Assembly: GCF_006345805.1 (NCBI RefSeq)
Contig: NC_043008.1
Coordinates: 77,128,001-77,192,000, forward strand
Direction: 5' to 3'
DNA from: Octopus sinensis
Taxonomy: Eukaryota
DNA: 64,000 bases
The notes beneath the pieces are model-generated. The model was not told where the DNA came from, did not search any database, and was given only the letters and a program-made list of their open reading frames with translations. Positions 1 through 12,849 of this stretch are shown in pieces. Made by a program: the position numbers and the translations under genes. Every line of letters begins with the position of its first letter. Position 1 is the first letter of the stretch.

Positions 1-479
1 TAAAATAAAGCTCTGGCCTCAAGCAAGTACTCACTGCAGATCCTAAAAAAGTAAAATTCTCAGTGAACGTGTAGCGTACACTCGAGTGAAATTCCTCTCA
101 TCTTTATCATATATACAAGCATTCGAACGTAGCAGATAACAGCTAGCCTTTGGCCGCTATTTGGACCCCGTTATCTCCACTACTCTGATTGGTTGGCATT
201 GGCACAATTTGTCCCTTCCTCTGTAGCGCCAATATGCAGCGTATAACCAAGCGTATAACCAGCGTATAACCAACCTAAATAGATCATGCGAAACAACCTG
301 TTTTCAACCCCGTTTGAGCCTACTGTTCCTTATAAAACCCACCTTCACCTCGTCTCGAGGTCTTTGGTTCCAGATCTTTTAAGGTCTAGCCACTGACCAC
401 ACAAGATACTGCCAGTTCCAGCAACAATGCCAGACGACCTGTCCAACAGCATTACGGCAACCTCCGTCTTTGTCGCTAC

Positions 480-1300
480 CATCATCTACTTAACACCATC
501 GACATCATCTCTCTACGTACACATCTCAAGCAACACTGTATATATTCTAACATAGCACTGTTCGTGAATAACTTCACCGTGGTTAACAACGAATATACAA
601 CCTGTAAGAACTCATGTACAAGTGACCCAGGTAGCAGCATTACAGCCACAGCTTCGTACGACATGTACCGCACCGGCTCAGCATCATCGCCATAACTTCT
701 TGATACAGTACTTCAACTACCGTGTACAACTGACTATGAACTGGTATCGATGTTCTCTTTCCCTTGCATTTTTCTAGCCACAAGGGGGCAGCTGATTTCC
801 AAAACAAAACATTTCTTTTCTTTGTGGCGTCAAAGAACAATATCTAGCCTGTTATACTTTCACCTGGTGGTTCAGTTTTGAAGTTCAACCACAATTCCTT
901 TCACTCATCGGTCTCAATATGGTCGACTTCGTCTGTAGGTAATATCTTTTTGTCATCATGTTGCAGACCGTTCTGGACATCGTATCACGCCTCATGTGAT
1001 GATAATATCTAGAAGACACTCTTTCACAGTTGGCAATAATGTGGTTGATGTTTCCAGTCTTGGTCTTGCACAGCCTACATTTGTTGTCTGTGAACGTTTT
1101 CGGCATTTTATGATTTAGGTACTTGGTGGGGATGTCTTGTTCTTAGATTGCATGGATGTAGCCTTCATAAGCTTGTACCAGCGTATTGGTTCATTTTTAT
1201 TCTGTTGTTCTGATAAATAGATTTTACCAATGCATCAGTTCTTATTTCATCATTCTCCTCAAGCTCATTAGCTCTCCTATTTATGTTGTTAGTTTCATTA
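480..1300 (-). pseudogene. Decayed 3' part (CCHC knuckle plus RLE nuclease) of an RLE-type non-LTR retrotransposon
   Basis: ORF 885-1106 reads CRLCKTKTGNINHIIANC...YYHHMRRD, matching the CxxC...H...C knuckle and RHD motif of RLE LINEs. Downstream frames give DIVLFDATK/KCFVLEISCPL, a PD-(D/E)xK-like stretch. Multiple frameshifts are present and the boundaries are approximate. Confidence 0.7.
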
Positions 1301-1583
1301 TCACAGACTTGGGGGCAAGATAGTTACTAGTCTGTTTCCTCTGGGCGCGGGCGGAGTAGATGGGAGGTACGTTGCTTAGCGGTTCAACAATGCTAACTCA
1401 TGATTGCAAGATTGCATTTACAATTCCTGGACAGAATGATGAATTGTGTTCTTGCGCAAAGAAGTAGCAGTGATAGAAGTGGTGGTGGTGGTGGTGGAGG
1501 TGATTCGATAATGAAAACTGTATTTTTTAAAATTGAAACAAGTTTTTTATATGACCTATCAGTTAACGCATGCGCATAAATGC

Positions 1584-1926
1584 AATTCCGTGAAATATTC
1601 ACGTTTATCTATGTGGTAGATATATACAATTTAACTATCATATGTACGGGATGTTTTTTTATGGGAAAAATAGAAAAATAAGAGTGAATATTTGTTTTAT
1701 ATATACTGTGTATCAAGTCTATAAAATTGTGCACAAAGTGTATACAGTTTATATATAAAGCGCATTAAGTATTCATCACATTCCAATTTCTTTCACTTAT
1801 GAATGATTAGCAGATGAGTGACTACCTTTTGATACAGGCACAACACAGGCTACGCTTTCTAAAGTTTTCAGAAATAACCCAATAGGTTTACCATTAATTC
1901 CGTGAAATATTCACGGGTCCGCTAGT
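1584..1926 (+). mobile_element. Helitron/Helentron-like non-autonomous end: hairpin plus CTAG terminus
   Basis: Palindrome CCGTGAA-ATA-TTCACGG (1900-1916) lies 5 nt before CTAGT (1922-1926), abutting (TA)n. The 20-mer AATTCCGTGAAATATTCACG occurs at both 1584-1603 and 1896-1915. Confidence 0.5.
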
Positions 1927-2016
1927 ATATATATATATATATATATATTTTACAAAATAATTATTGATAAATTTAACTTTAAAGGTATTTTTTGATATGC
2001 TGGCCATTATCCTACG

Positions 2017-2106
<90 letters not shown>

Positions 2107-2163
2107 ATATATATAACGTTAGTTATATATATAACTACGTTATATATATATATATATATATAT
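1927..2163. repeat. (TA)n microsatellite, interrupted
   Basis: Direct reading of the sequence. Confidence 0.9.
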
Positions 2164-2809
2164 ATCAACAATCAAGGAACGGCCATAATAGGCCATTCAC
2201 CCACTAGAAATAACAGCCAAAGCTTCAACCGCAAATAAAGATCAATTCCGTAAACCAGGAGAAAATTTAAAAAACATTTACCCTGTAATTTCTTATACGA
2301 TGCACCGTTTCATCTACTGTTTAATGGTAAACTAACCTGATTAAATTAATGGAATCGACGGCTTATATTTATTTGCTGCCGATAAATTTGGCGCGAGTGC
2401 GATGATTTGAAAATTTTAGGTCAGATATTGCCTTGGCAGGGTCGGAAATGCCTCGTGAAAATATCTGTCCCGACTTGGCTATTTCTTACTGAAGAATCTG
2501 AGGGCCTATGGAAGATCGGCTTGATTTAATTTAATCAGGTTAGTTTACCATTAAACAGCAGATGAAACGGTGCATCGTATAAGAAATTACAGGGTAAATG
2601 TTTTTTTAATTTTCTCCTGTTTACGGAATTGATCTTTTTGCGGTTGAAGCTTTGGCTGTTATTTCTAGTGGGTGAATGGCCTATTATGGCCGTTCCTTGA
2701 TTGTTGATGTTGAACTTAAAAATGGTCTATGACTATTTAATTTTTCCCACTAGGCCGCTGGTGGCAAAAAAATTCTACAAAATTTTTTTTTGCCACCCTA
2801 TATGATTAA

Positions 2810-2810
<1 letters not shown>
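2164..2810 (+). mobile_element. (TA)n-flanked fold-back element (pseudo-LTR-like) with ~185-bp inverted arms and a hammerhead ribozyme
   Basis: 2164-2349 is the near-perfect reverse complement of ~2527-2708, and both sides are flanked by (TA)n. Confidence 0.8.
2481..2587 (+). ncRNA. Type I hammerhead ribozyme
   Basis: Stem I ATTTCTTA (2481-88)/TAAGAAAT (2580-87), 8 bp. Core CTGAAGA (2489-95). Stem II closed by ATCTG/CAGAT. GAAA (2564-67). Near-palindromic stem III ACGGTGCATCGT. Predicted cleavage after GUA at 2579. Confidence 0.8.
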
Positions 2811-2843
<33 letters not shown>

Positions 2844-2852
2844 TATATATAT

Positions 2853-2904
<52 letters not shown>

Positions 2905-2910
<6 letters not shown>

Positions 2911-3290
2911 CCTAGTATGGATAATTCGGTTAACCGATACCCGGGTAGCAAATTCACGTCAGAAAAGAACTTCCCTCGTCATACAATCGCTTTCTCTTAG
3001 TCTCTTTCGCTCTCATTACTTCAAAAGTTGCCGCAAGCCCATCACTTCACTTACACAACATACTTTCTGTCTCCCACACCCCATCAAACACACACACACA
3101 CACGCGCACGCACACACACATGTACATCAATGCTCCCATGCACGGTAACTTCAAAAGAACTTCCCTCGTCATACAATCGCTTTCTCTTAGTCTCTTTCGC
3201 TCTCATTACTTCAAAAGTTGCCGCAAGCCCATGTGTAAAAAAATAAAAGTTTGTTACGGAAATCGACGGAAAAGTATACTAGAACCGTAA
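2905..3290. mobile_element. Helentron/DINE-like non-autonomous element with an internal 80-bp direct duplication
   Basis: CTAG near both ends, palindrome TCGGTTAACCGA near the left end, identical 80-mers at 2963-3042 and 3153-3232, and a (CA)n tract between them. Confidence 0.45.
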
Positions 3291-3838
3291 GATTGCCATA
3301 TATATATATATAATGTGTGCATTATGTGGTCGCTTGTGCTGAAAATATGCAGATCTATGTTAAAAGTGCTGGCAAGTTTGCATGACAACTATTTTTTTTT
3401 ACCTCAAATGAAAGGCGTGACCTCTAGGACAAAATTCCTCATCTTATAAAATGTGGCCCCAGTAGACCCGAATGAAATCGGGTTATATTAACCAAAATGT
3501 GAAAAGGGGTCTAAATGGGGCTGAAAGGGGATTAAAATTTAAAGGAGCGGGTGTTTAGGAATTCTCTGTTACATCAAGCTAAAAAATTTGATCCAGCCTT
3601 TTAATCGTCAATGTGTTGCCGTCCATGATGAAGAAGTTTTGAATGCTTGCCATGGTGAGTCTACTGTCGTGAGAAAGAATCACTTCAAAACTTGGTGTTT
3701 ACGAATTTTCTTTTACATCAAGTTCAAAATTTTACGCCAGCCGTTAAACTGTCAAAACGTTGCTGTCCGTCGTTAAGAAATGCCAGCCATGGTGACTCTA
3801 CTATCCTCAGATTCTATCCCTTCAAACTTATGTATATA

Positions 3839-4953
3839 TAGTAGTCCCCCGGTATTCGCGGGTGTTACGTTCCTAGAGCACCCGCGGATAACGAAAACCC
3901 GCTAATATTGGACGTGGTCCATAAATATGCCTATAATGTCAAAATATAACGTAAAATATTATATGTCTTTAAGACCAGCGTGGATGACTGAGAGGTACAT
4001 TGCGATCGTAAAGTTACGTCGGTTCTCCTTTAACTTGAAATTCTCGTCGGAATCCATTGCGTCCACCAGATGTTGGGATGAAGATCCGAGTGTAAAGTGC
4101 GTTGAAGGCATGGATCACGCCTTGATCCATAGGCTGGATGAGGGAGGTGGTGTTAGCAGGGGGTACTCGATTTGGACTCTCTCGTGATTCAAATCCAAAG
4201 AGTGACCACTAGCATTATCCATAACAAGCAACACCTTGAATTCCATGCATACGTTTTGGAGGTATTCCTTGGCTTGAGGTGATAACGCATTGGTGGAACC
4301 AATTCAAAGTTAGACTTTTGGTAATCCAGGCCTTGGGGTTGTACATCCAGTGGACAGGCAGCAGATTTTTATTTTTATTTTTGACAGCCCTCGCGAGTAC
4401 GCGGACTTGTTGATAAGTCCTGGTTTCATCATGAAGCCAACAACATTGCATCACTCTGTCTTTTTGTGTCTTAAATCCTGGGGTTTTGGCTTCGTCCTTT
4501 ATGATGTACGTTCTGGAAGACACCTTCATCCAGAACAGGCCAGTTGTTCTGGCTTGTATCCCTTGTCCTTGTTGATCTGCTTGAAGGTTACTTCTCGGCG
4601 ACTTCCTTGTCGGCTGACGCTGTCTCTCCATGCAGAAAATCGTTTCTGGAAACGGTCAAACCATCCCTTGCTGGCTTGAAAGTCTTCGGGTTCTGGTGCT
4701 GTCAATGGTCTTGTTCCGTCTCCTCTGTCGAACTGCTGGCATGATTTCCGCACTTTCTCACGGATGATGTTACCATTCAATGGGATGTTTTTCTTCTTGA
4801 TGCACAATGCCAAGGCAGATTCCATCGTTTGGATCTCATATAGGAATGCACACACACACACACATACACATGTATATAACGATATTTACGATTTCGCGAA
4901 TATACGGTAGTTTCCGCGAATACCGAACCGCAAATAAGCAGGGGTACACTACA
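3839..4953 (-). mobile_element. pogo/Tigger DNA transposon remnant with disrupted transposase
   Basis: Imperfect TIRs (TAGTAGTCCCCCGGTATTCGCGG versus ...CCGCGAATACCG...GGGGTACACTAC) in TA context. Minus-strand frames give a CENP-B-like HTH ([11 protein letters not shown]...FQASKGWFDRFQKR) and pogo DDE-domain motifs (GFKTQKDRV; LPVHWMYNPKAWIT...WF). Confidence 0.85.
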
Positions 4954-5042
4954 TATATATATATATATAATATATATGTGTGTGTGTGTGTGTGTGTAAG
5001 TGGTGTGTGTATGTATATATATGTATGTATATGTGTGTATAT

Positions 5043-5075
<33 letters not shown>

Positions 5076-5080
5076 GTGTG

Positions 5081-5156
<76 letters not shown>

Positions 5157-5222
5157 TGTATATATATATATGTATATATATATATGTATATATATATATA
5201 GTATATATATATATATATATAT

Positions 5223-5285
<63 letters not shown>

Positions 5286-5290
5286 ATATG
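4954..5290. repeat. (TA)n/(TG)n compound microsatellite
   Basis: Direct reading. Confidence 0.9.
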
Positions 5291-5569
5291 CGAATGCGAT
5301 GGGCTTTCGTCAGTTTCCATCTCCCAAATTCTCTCAGAAGGAATTGGTCGGTCTGGGTCTATAGTGGAACACATTTCCCAGCATGCGTGTGGTAAATTCC
5401 TATCTACAAAGAGAAGTAAATGAAAATATTTCAAAATAACGAAATGAAAGAGCAAGTTGAAACAAGTAATGTGACGGAAAGGGGGAGAGTGAAGGTGAGT
5501 GATAGGGACATTGAAGGTGAATGATAGAAAGAGTGAAGGTGGGTGATAGAATAAGAGAGTGAGTGATAA

Positions 5570-5700
<131 letters not shown>

Positions 5701-5976
5701 ATGGGAGTGTTATGTAGACAGGCTGAGAGGAAGAGAGATAAAGGTAGAGAGAAAGTGAGATACAGAAGGAAGGAGAAAGAGAGAAAGAAGGAGAGGAGGT
5801 GGTAGTCTGAAGGAAGAGTTGAAATTGCTGATCTTTATGGCACACCGTACATACACTCCCCGCTCCCCACATACACGTGTATACTCACAAATACACGTTC
5901 TAAAACACATTCACATACATCCGCATATATATATACATGTACATTCAAATATACACACGCTTGTGCATGCGTTCAT

Positions 5977-6009
<33 letters not shown>

Positions 6010-6169
6010 CACATACATATACACACACATCTAGCCTTGACATTATTATAACTTCATTTTAAAGGTTGTTAACCTCCACTCCCCCACTACTACACACACA
6101 CATAGATTCACGAAACGCAAACAACATGTGTGTGTGTGTTTTCGTTTATGCCAGTATCTCTAAGTGTAC

Positions 6170-6211
<42 letters not shown>

Positions 6212-6802
6212 TGTACAGTACAGCCCACACTGTTATATAAATATATCCTTTCAATGAGAGCAAGGCTAACTTTACAAAGATAGAAATATTCTTTTAGCGG
6301 AATAATTAGAGCGTCGGACAAAGTGCTTGACGGCCCTTCCTGAGTTCGCATTCCTCTGAAGTTGACTTTGTTTTTCAATCTTTTGAGCTTGTTAAAATAA
6401 GTACAAATACCAGTAAACTACTGGTTCATAAAATTGAATATTTTTCCTCACCCTCTTAAGGTTTTTGGATGAATCATTATTAAAACTAAGAATAAAGAAA
6501 TTACCGTGTTTTATTCGATTACATTGATCTCATTACTTATTTCTGTTCCCAACTTATTTAACCTTTTCACATTTATCGAACTCCCCACTCCACTGACACG
6601 CTTTTTGAAACAACGCGCACACACACACACAATTAGTATGAATTAGTATGAAGTTTAGCAGCGCGGTGTATCAAATTAAACCCAGATCCCAACTCTGTCT
6701 GATAAACATTTGTTTTATACATATAAACCATTCAATGTTTACATAATTTTACAGACGCTGGTCAGGAAGTTCATAGTTCAGGAAGTCCATAATATATAAG
6801 AA

Positions 6803-7120
6803 TCTTTTCTACTCTAGGCACAAAGTTTTTGGGGAGGAGGCCAGTCGATTAGCTCGATCCCAGTATGCAACTGTCACTTAATTTATCGACCCTGAAAGGA
6901 TATAAACTAAAGTCGACCTCGGCGGAATTTGAACCCAGAACGTAAAGACAAATGAAATACCTATTTCTTTACTGCCCACAAGGGGCTACACTCAGAGGAG
7001 ACAAACAAGGACAGACAAACGGATTAAGTCGATTATATCGACTCTAGTGCGTAACTGGTACTTATTTAATCGACCTCGAAAGGATGAAAGGCAAAGTCAA
7101 CCTCGATGGCCGCCTTCATA
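6803..7120 (-). mobile_element. Octopod OK-type SINE, two fused partial copies
   Basis: Recurrent core GTCGACCTCGGCGGAATTTGAAC / GAAAGGATGAAAGGCAAAGTC shared with many other copies in the window. The family name is from recall. Confidence 0.8.
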
Positions 7121-7129
7121 ATACGTAAG

Positions 7130-7720
7130 AATGCTTTCGTGTGAGAGACGGGAAAATACTGTTCTGCATAGTCGACGATTCCTTTAACTCAGGTTCGAGT
7201 AGCGCCCAAGAAACCTATATTCCTACGGACTTGATTGTGTTACCTATGTGCGTCTCTGGTTAGGAACTGGCTGTTTGGGTGCGGCGAGAGGTGAGGGTAT
7301 TGTGTCTGTGGTACGTGCTTGGAGGCGTACAATGTTGACAAAGAGATTCTTTTAAATACAGGTCGAGCAGGGACCATGAAACCTGTATTCGTCTATCTTT
7401 TCTGGAACCTTTTCTAACCTCTGCACTGATTCTCTCGCGCTTTCGCTTCTATAACTCTTATCCATGCGGGAACTGCAGAGACTGAAGGCTCTGGACTTGT
7501 GCAGTTCGTGTTTTCTTTGTGTTTCTGCGATCTTGTTCTGTTCGTAAGAGGTGGCATTTCTGCTGGTGCAGCTTCGCCAAGCTGTGCTATTTAGAATCCC
7601 AAAAAGTGGCCCTTATTTTTAAGGCTAAGAAATTATTTCAGCTCCTAGCAGTTGTGACCATCATAGTTGGGTGCAAAATTCCAGACGACCGAAAAGAAAT
7701 CTTACCCACCAACATAGTTT
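7130..7720 (-). pseudogene. Decayed Tx1/L1-like ORF2 fragment (end of the APE endonuclease)
   Basis: Frameshifted minus-strand remnants resemble the SDH and GP-x-WKLN motifs (PNYDGHN; GPLF...ILNST). Confidence 0.4.
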
Positions 7721-8960
7721 CTTGTTCTCTTGTTCTCAACGTTTTCAGTATGCATCCAACAGTTGTTTGCGCATCGTTGCCTTCTTGGCCATATGCATCT
7801 GAAACGATGCATCATTATTCAAATCGATTTCTATGTCAATTAATGAATGCAGTGGCGGCTCGTAGATAAAATTAGTGGGGGTGCTGCTTCAGAAAATTTT
7901 AAGCCATTGTTTTAATATTGTGTAAAAGGAAACAAATATAAAAAGAAAATTTATACATAAACTTGATCGGTTTGCGTTTTAGCCACTGCCGGGTAGTGTG
8001 TTTAATTCCCCCTTGTTTCTCAAAAATCCCCACTAAATCACAAAATATGGGTGAAGAAATGTTCCCTACTTTTCAGATCCAAGCTGGAAGCAGAATAATA
8101 ATCTTATTCTATACCTTATCACATTCAAGAATATGAACACGTTTTTAGACACAACACACGCGGAGTCAAAAAGGAACACTACCTTTCACCAGCACAGCGG
8201 GATCGGCACTGCATGAACGACAGTGCCGTCTCTCCCTAGCGTGAAGCTTCCTATCTCGGACATGTGAGCATGCGCACAACAGCCAAACACCACGTCACTG
8301 GAACTGTGAACCGCACAGTTCTATACAAGGATTTTTGTATTCTTTTCATAAACTAGAGGATGGCTACTGACATTAAGCTTAAGGATTATATAATGTACAA
8401 ATGTAAAGAAAGAATTAAAGAAGAAAGGACTCATTACATTGAATGTTATCGATGATATCGAGTGGAAATAGGGAGTGCTGCAGTTCCGCAGTTCCTATAC
8501 ATGAGCTGCCACTGATTGAGTGTTACCCTGGGAATGTATATCCTTCCTGGCCCAGGCCATTCTGATTGCAATGCGTTGTAGGTTGATTGAGAAGCGCATG
8601 TTTTCTTTAACCTGCTTTTATGTTGTAGGGATTCTTGTTGGCATGTGATATTCTCGCATCATCAGTACAGTCAGCGAGAGTAGCTGCCTATAAAACTTAC
8701 TCTAAACCTTTTTCTGGGGGAATCTACTCAAAATTAACGCTTCCTTCCCGTGAGCACCGTTGCCTTCGACTATCTCACTATTACCTCTTAAGAAATCATA
8801 TAGCCATTCTCCTAGTTTTCCAACTATGCTGAAAGCGTACTGTGATAGATCATAGCGTATCATAAATCTGATTGCAGATTTATCGAAGGATTTTACTATA
8901 GTGATGTCAGGGTTATTCCTTTTATAGTGATAAATCAGACTTAATGACACTATAATTTAA
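7720..8960 (-). pseudogene. CR1-like LINE reverse transcriptase fragment, interrupted by a hAT MITE
   Basis: Minus frames give IVKSFDK...IVGKLGEWLYDFLRG...SRFPQ (compare KAFDKV...GKLGEWL..FL...SGVPQG) and VGCILKTLRTREQETML (compare GWILRTF.TRE). Confidence 0.65.
7850..8514. mobile_element. hAT-type MITE, copy 1
   Basis: TIRs CAGTGGCGGCTCGT / ATGAGCTGCCACTG. Degenerate 8-bp TSD AATGAATG/ATTGAGTG. Closely similar to 37302-37954. Confidence 0.85.
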
Positions 8961-9559
8961 TGAGTATGAGAGAAAGAGGGGTCACCATCTTGTACGTAAC
9001 AACAAGAAAAGGGAAATTCGCGAGACGTTTGAAATAAGTCATAACTTTTATTACTGGAGCTAATGCGTTCATATACAAGGTTAATTGAAGAAAAGCTAAT
9101 ATGTTCTGTTTGCAATCACATGTCTCCAAGTCACAAAGGCGAACGTGTGCGCGAGCGAGCGTAGAATGCGACGATTTGATTCAATGCCGGCCTAAGACTA
9201 GACAGACATGGAATGATTTCTTTATTTGCCTATAAAGGCCTGACAAAGATATATAAACACAAAGGTGGGTCGGGGACAAACAACGGACATGCATTACAGG
9301 GTATTGGGGTCCATGCGCCTGTGATTACGAATGTAGAGTTAAAATGACAGAAACGTTATGGGTTCAAAAATTAATGATATATAATTAAGAATTTTTACAA
9401 AATTTTTTCCGGGTTCCATTTCAATCCGCCGGCTTTAGACCTTTGTTTTACTTCCCTGGGGAGGGGGGTCGCTTCCTTCCTTCTTCTCCCTTGACCAGCT
9501 ATACCAACACGGCCCCATTCATTCTCAATTTTCTTACCACGCTTATCCATCTTTTCTCA

Positions 9560-12507
9560 TATACACTTTGGGGCAGGCACTTCCTCTCCAGACGAATTTT
9601 CCTCACGAGGTGGGAGTTGAGCCAACTTTACAAGCCCTGTCCGGAGAGAAGTGACCTGTCTCAATTCCTTTTGCGCGCATCCTCCACACTGTCTCTTTCA
9701 TTATGGCAACTACGCAGAAGAAAGCAGCTTTCCTTTCCTTGTTAAAGGAGGGAGGCGGTACAGTCTTAACTATGGACTCAGTCGAGAGCCGTACTCTTCC
9801 CCCATCATCGGACATCAGTTGTTTCACATGGGTCACCAGTCCCTCAATTCCACACAATGTTCGAAGGCGTGCGCGACAGTTTCACTGCCGCGCCCGCACC
9901 TCGGACATGTCGGGGGTAGGGTTGTAACCGTGCCTTGATAACCTCTCTAGAACTGGTAAGGCCGAACGACAGCACAACCAAGCCAAGGATTTTTGGAAAT
10001 TATCCAGATACCTCGGCCCGAATGTCCCTTCGAACAGGCTGGCTAGTTGTTCGATATCCAAGCCCAGAGCCCTCCCCCAGGACGTCATCAGACTTAAACT
10101 CTACCATCCCTCTATAGAAATCCACAGTCGTAACCTCACTGCCGGCATTGCTCGCCCGAGAGAACAGGTTGAGTGCTTGTCTGCATTCTCTCTGCCATTC
10201 CCCCATTTTAGGTCTCCGCCTGATTCATGTGCCTAAGTCCCTAAGGGACTCCAATTGAAGAAAAAGCTGTTTGACATGCGGTGACCACACCTGCTCACCA
10301 TCCAGGTAGCGCCGAAGGTGCCTCAGCCTCAACGCATACTTGTGCATCATCAGCCAAGTCGGTTTCTAACAGCAAATGGAGTGCCTCACAAGCGGTGGTT
10401 TCCCCTTCCACAAAAAGCGAAAAGGATCCTTTCCAACCTGTTCAACCACAAACTGGGACAAGGGACGACGGTTAGGCGTTAGGTTATCACAGATGCTATA
10501 AACACCTGTGTAACCTCGGCCCTCCATAGCAACGTTCCCAATCTCCACAGTAGCGGCTCAAGAGCCAGTACATATAGGGGCGAGTACAAGGGACAGTCCT
10601 GACGAACCGAACGTTCAATCGCAAACGGCTCGTTAAGAACCCATTCACCCGGACAGCAGATTCGATGTTACAATACAAAGCTTCGATCCAGGCTCGGAAG
10701 GTCGGGCCCTGTCCGACCGCCCGGATAACCGTTGCCAGATATCGATGGTCAACCCTATCGAATGCCTTAGACTGATCCAAATTCACCAGTACCCCACCTT
10801 TGCCAGAATTTTTTCCAACCCTCTCTATGGTGTAGCGAATGAGATGAAGGTTATCGAACATCGTCCTTCCTGGGATGGCGCATGTTTGCGCCTCTCCCAC
10901 CAGGCCTCCAACGACAATCCTCATTCTCCTCGCTAACACGTTATCCAAAATCTTTAGCTCTGTGTTTGACAGAGTTATGAGCCTAAAATTACTTACGTTA
11001 TCTCCCTTGCTCGGGTCCATTCTGATCAGTGTCACCACTCCTCGGCTCACAGATTTGGGAATTCTTCCATTCTGCTACCAATTCGCATAAACACTGGCCA
11101 GTATGTTCTCGAACAAATCTGGCATATATTTATAAAATTCGTAAGGTAGACCATCCAGTCTCGGCAACTTGTCCCCGGGGCACTCGGAAAGTACCTTTGT
11201 GATCGCCTCAGCCGTCATCGGCCCTTCACAGCGCTCAACATCTCGCGCCGAAAGACACGGGCCGCCGGCCAGGAAATCCTGAGGGCATCCCCATGGTCCC
11301 ACGTTCCCCACCCCTGAACAACGCAGGAAAGTGCTCGTGAAAGACCTTGTCCTTCGATTTCCTGTCCATGTTCATTTGTCACAGACCTAATCGTAGTATC
11401 CACGGCACGTTGGATTTCTACCGAGCGAGCCCGCCCGGAAACGTTGATACCTAGCGACCCACTGCACGTACATTAGCCCGAACTCTGCATCCTTCATGTT
11501 TGGTATTGAGGCGTCGGTCAAAGGCCGATCTCGCCGCCAAAACTTGGGATGCAGAGCCCACCCTTAGCGCCTCTTCTAATGCCTTAACTAAGTCCCTTTC
11601 TACTCTCTTCTTCTCTAAACGTAACTGTTTAATAAATCTAAATGATTCAGTGCGAATGGCTCTTTTGAGGGTACCCCACCATCGGTTATTAAATACAGTG
11701 CCAGTTAGTGCCCTCATAACTAACACCTTAATCTGGCTACGGTAAGCTTTGTAATCCAATAAGGATTTGTTCAAATTCCAATAGCCAGATCCCTGTCTAT
11801 GAACCTTATCTATATACAACCTACACGTCACTAATTTGTGATCCGTGTAGGGTACATAGGCAAATTGTGGACAACTTACACTAGACTTATCTATCGCATT
11901 AACTATGATGCTATCTATATAAACCTAATTGATCCGTCGTAATTAGTCTACGTCCACATTGGCACGCTCGGATTATCAAGCCTGAATCGATCTGCCAACC
12001 TTAAATCGCTTCAGCAGATCGACGAGGCGTGAGTCACATTTCCTATCGTTCGAGCCAACGCTATCCAGGCGTGCATCAAGAATAGCATTAAAGTCACCTA
12101 ACACAACTAGTGTTTTCGACGTCACCGAGAAATTCTCGAGACGTTGGTAGAGCTCATTCCGTTTGCCTGTTGCGTTAGGCGCATAAAACCAACCAACCTG
12201 AAGGCCTTACCACTGTATGTCAGATCCAGAACGACCGACTCGCCTTCTGGGTCCACGAAGATTGTACGTGTCTGCAGATCCAAGTTTTTCCGGAGCAAAA
12301 CTACACCCCCCCCCCGGTTTGACTAGGAGACACGATTTTCTCATAGCCGTTCAGGAGAGGTGAGAAAGCATGCAGCTTGTCCAACTTGGTCTCTGTAGCA
12401 ACCATCACATCTATTCTCTGTGTTATGAGGTCGTCGAGAAAACAAGCCTGCTTCTTCTTCAACCCTAAGCCACGCACATTCAAACAGCCAATAAGTAGTG
12501 CAGCCAT
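9560..12507 (-). pseudogene. Tx1 ORF2 (APE endonuclease plus reverse transcriptase)
   Basis: IGCLNVRGL...DVMVATETK (APE N-terminus); GSGYWNLNKSLL; KLPRLDGLPYEFY; NFRLITLSNTELKIL; NLDQSKAFDRVDH (RT). Confidence 0.9.
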
Positions 12508-12849
12508 GTCATATCAAAGAGAAAAAGAAAGAAAAATTCAGAGCTTACCTTCCTCATTTCGTTTTTTCGAGTGGGATAGACCTTAGTACCAGTGGGACAA
12601 TCCCCTCCTCCTCTTTCTTCTCATCTAAAAATGGCTTAATCAGTGGGTTGAATAATTTAGGACGATCCCTCACTTCCACAATGTCTTTTCTTTATCTATC
12701 TTTTAACTCGAAAAAGGAGTTCTCTTAGCAGTTTTACTATATTATTAATTTTTACACTATTATTAATTGTGTTATTATATACATGTGTTTTATGGTGCGG
12801 CTTAATAACTCCAACCAGGTATTTATTATGTTTTTTTATATGCCGCTAC

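Noticed and set aside
3588-3830. ORF with a diverged ~140-bp internal duplication
   Set aside because: No recognisable domain; it is probably a decayed transposon piece next to the pogo element.
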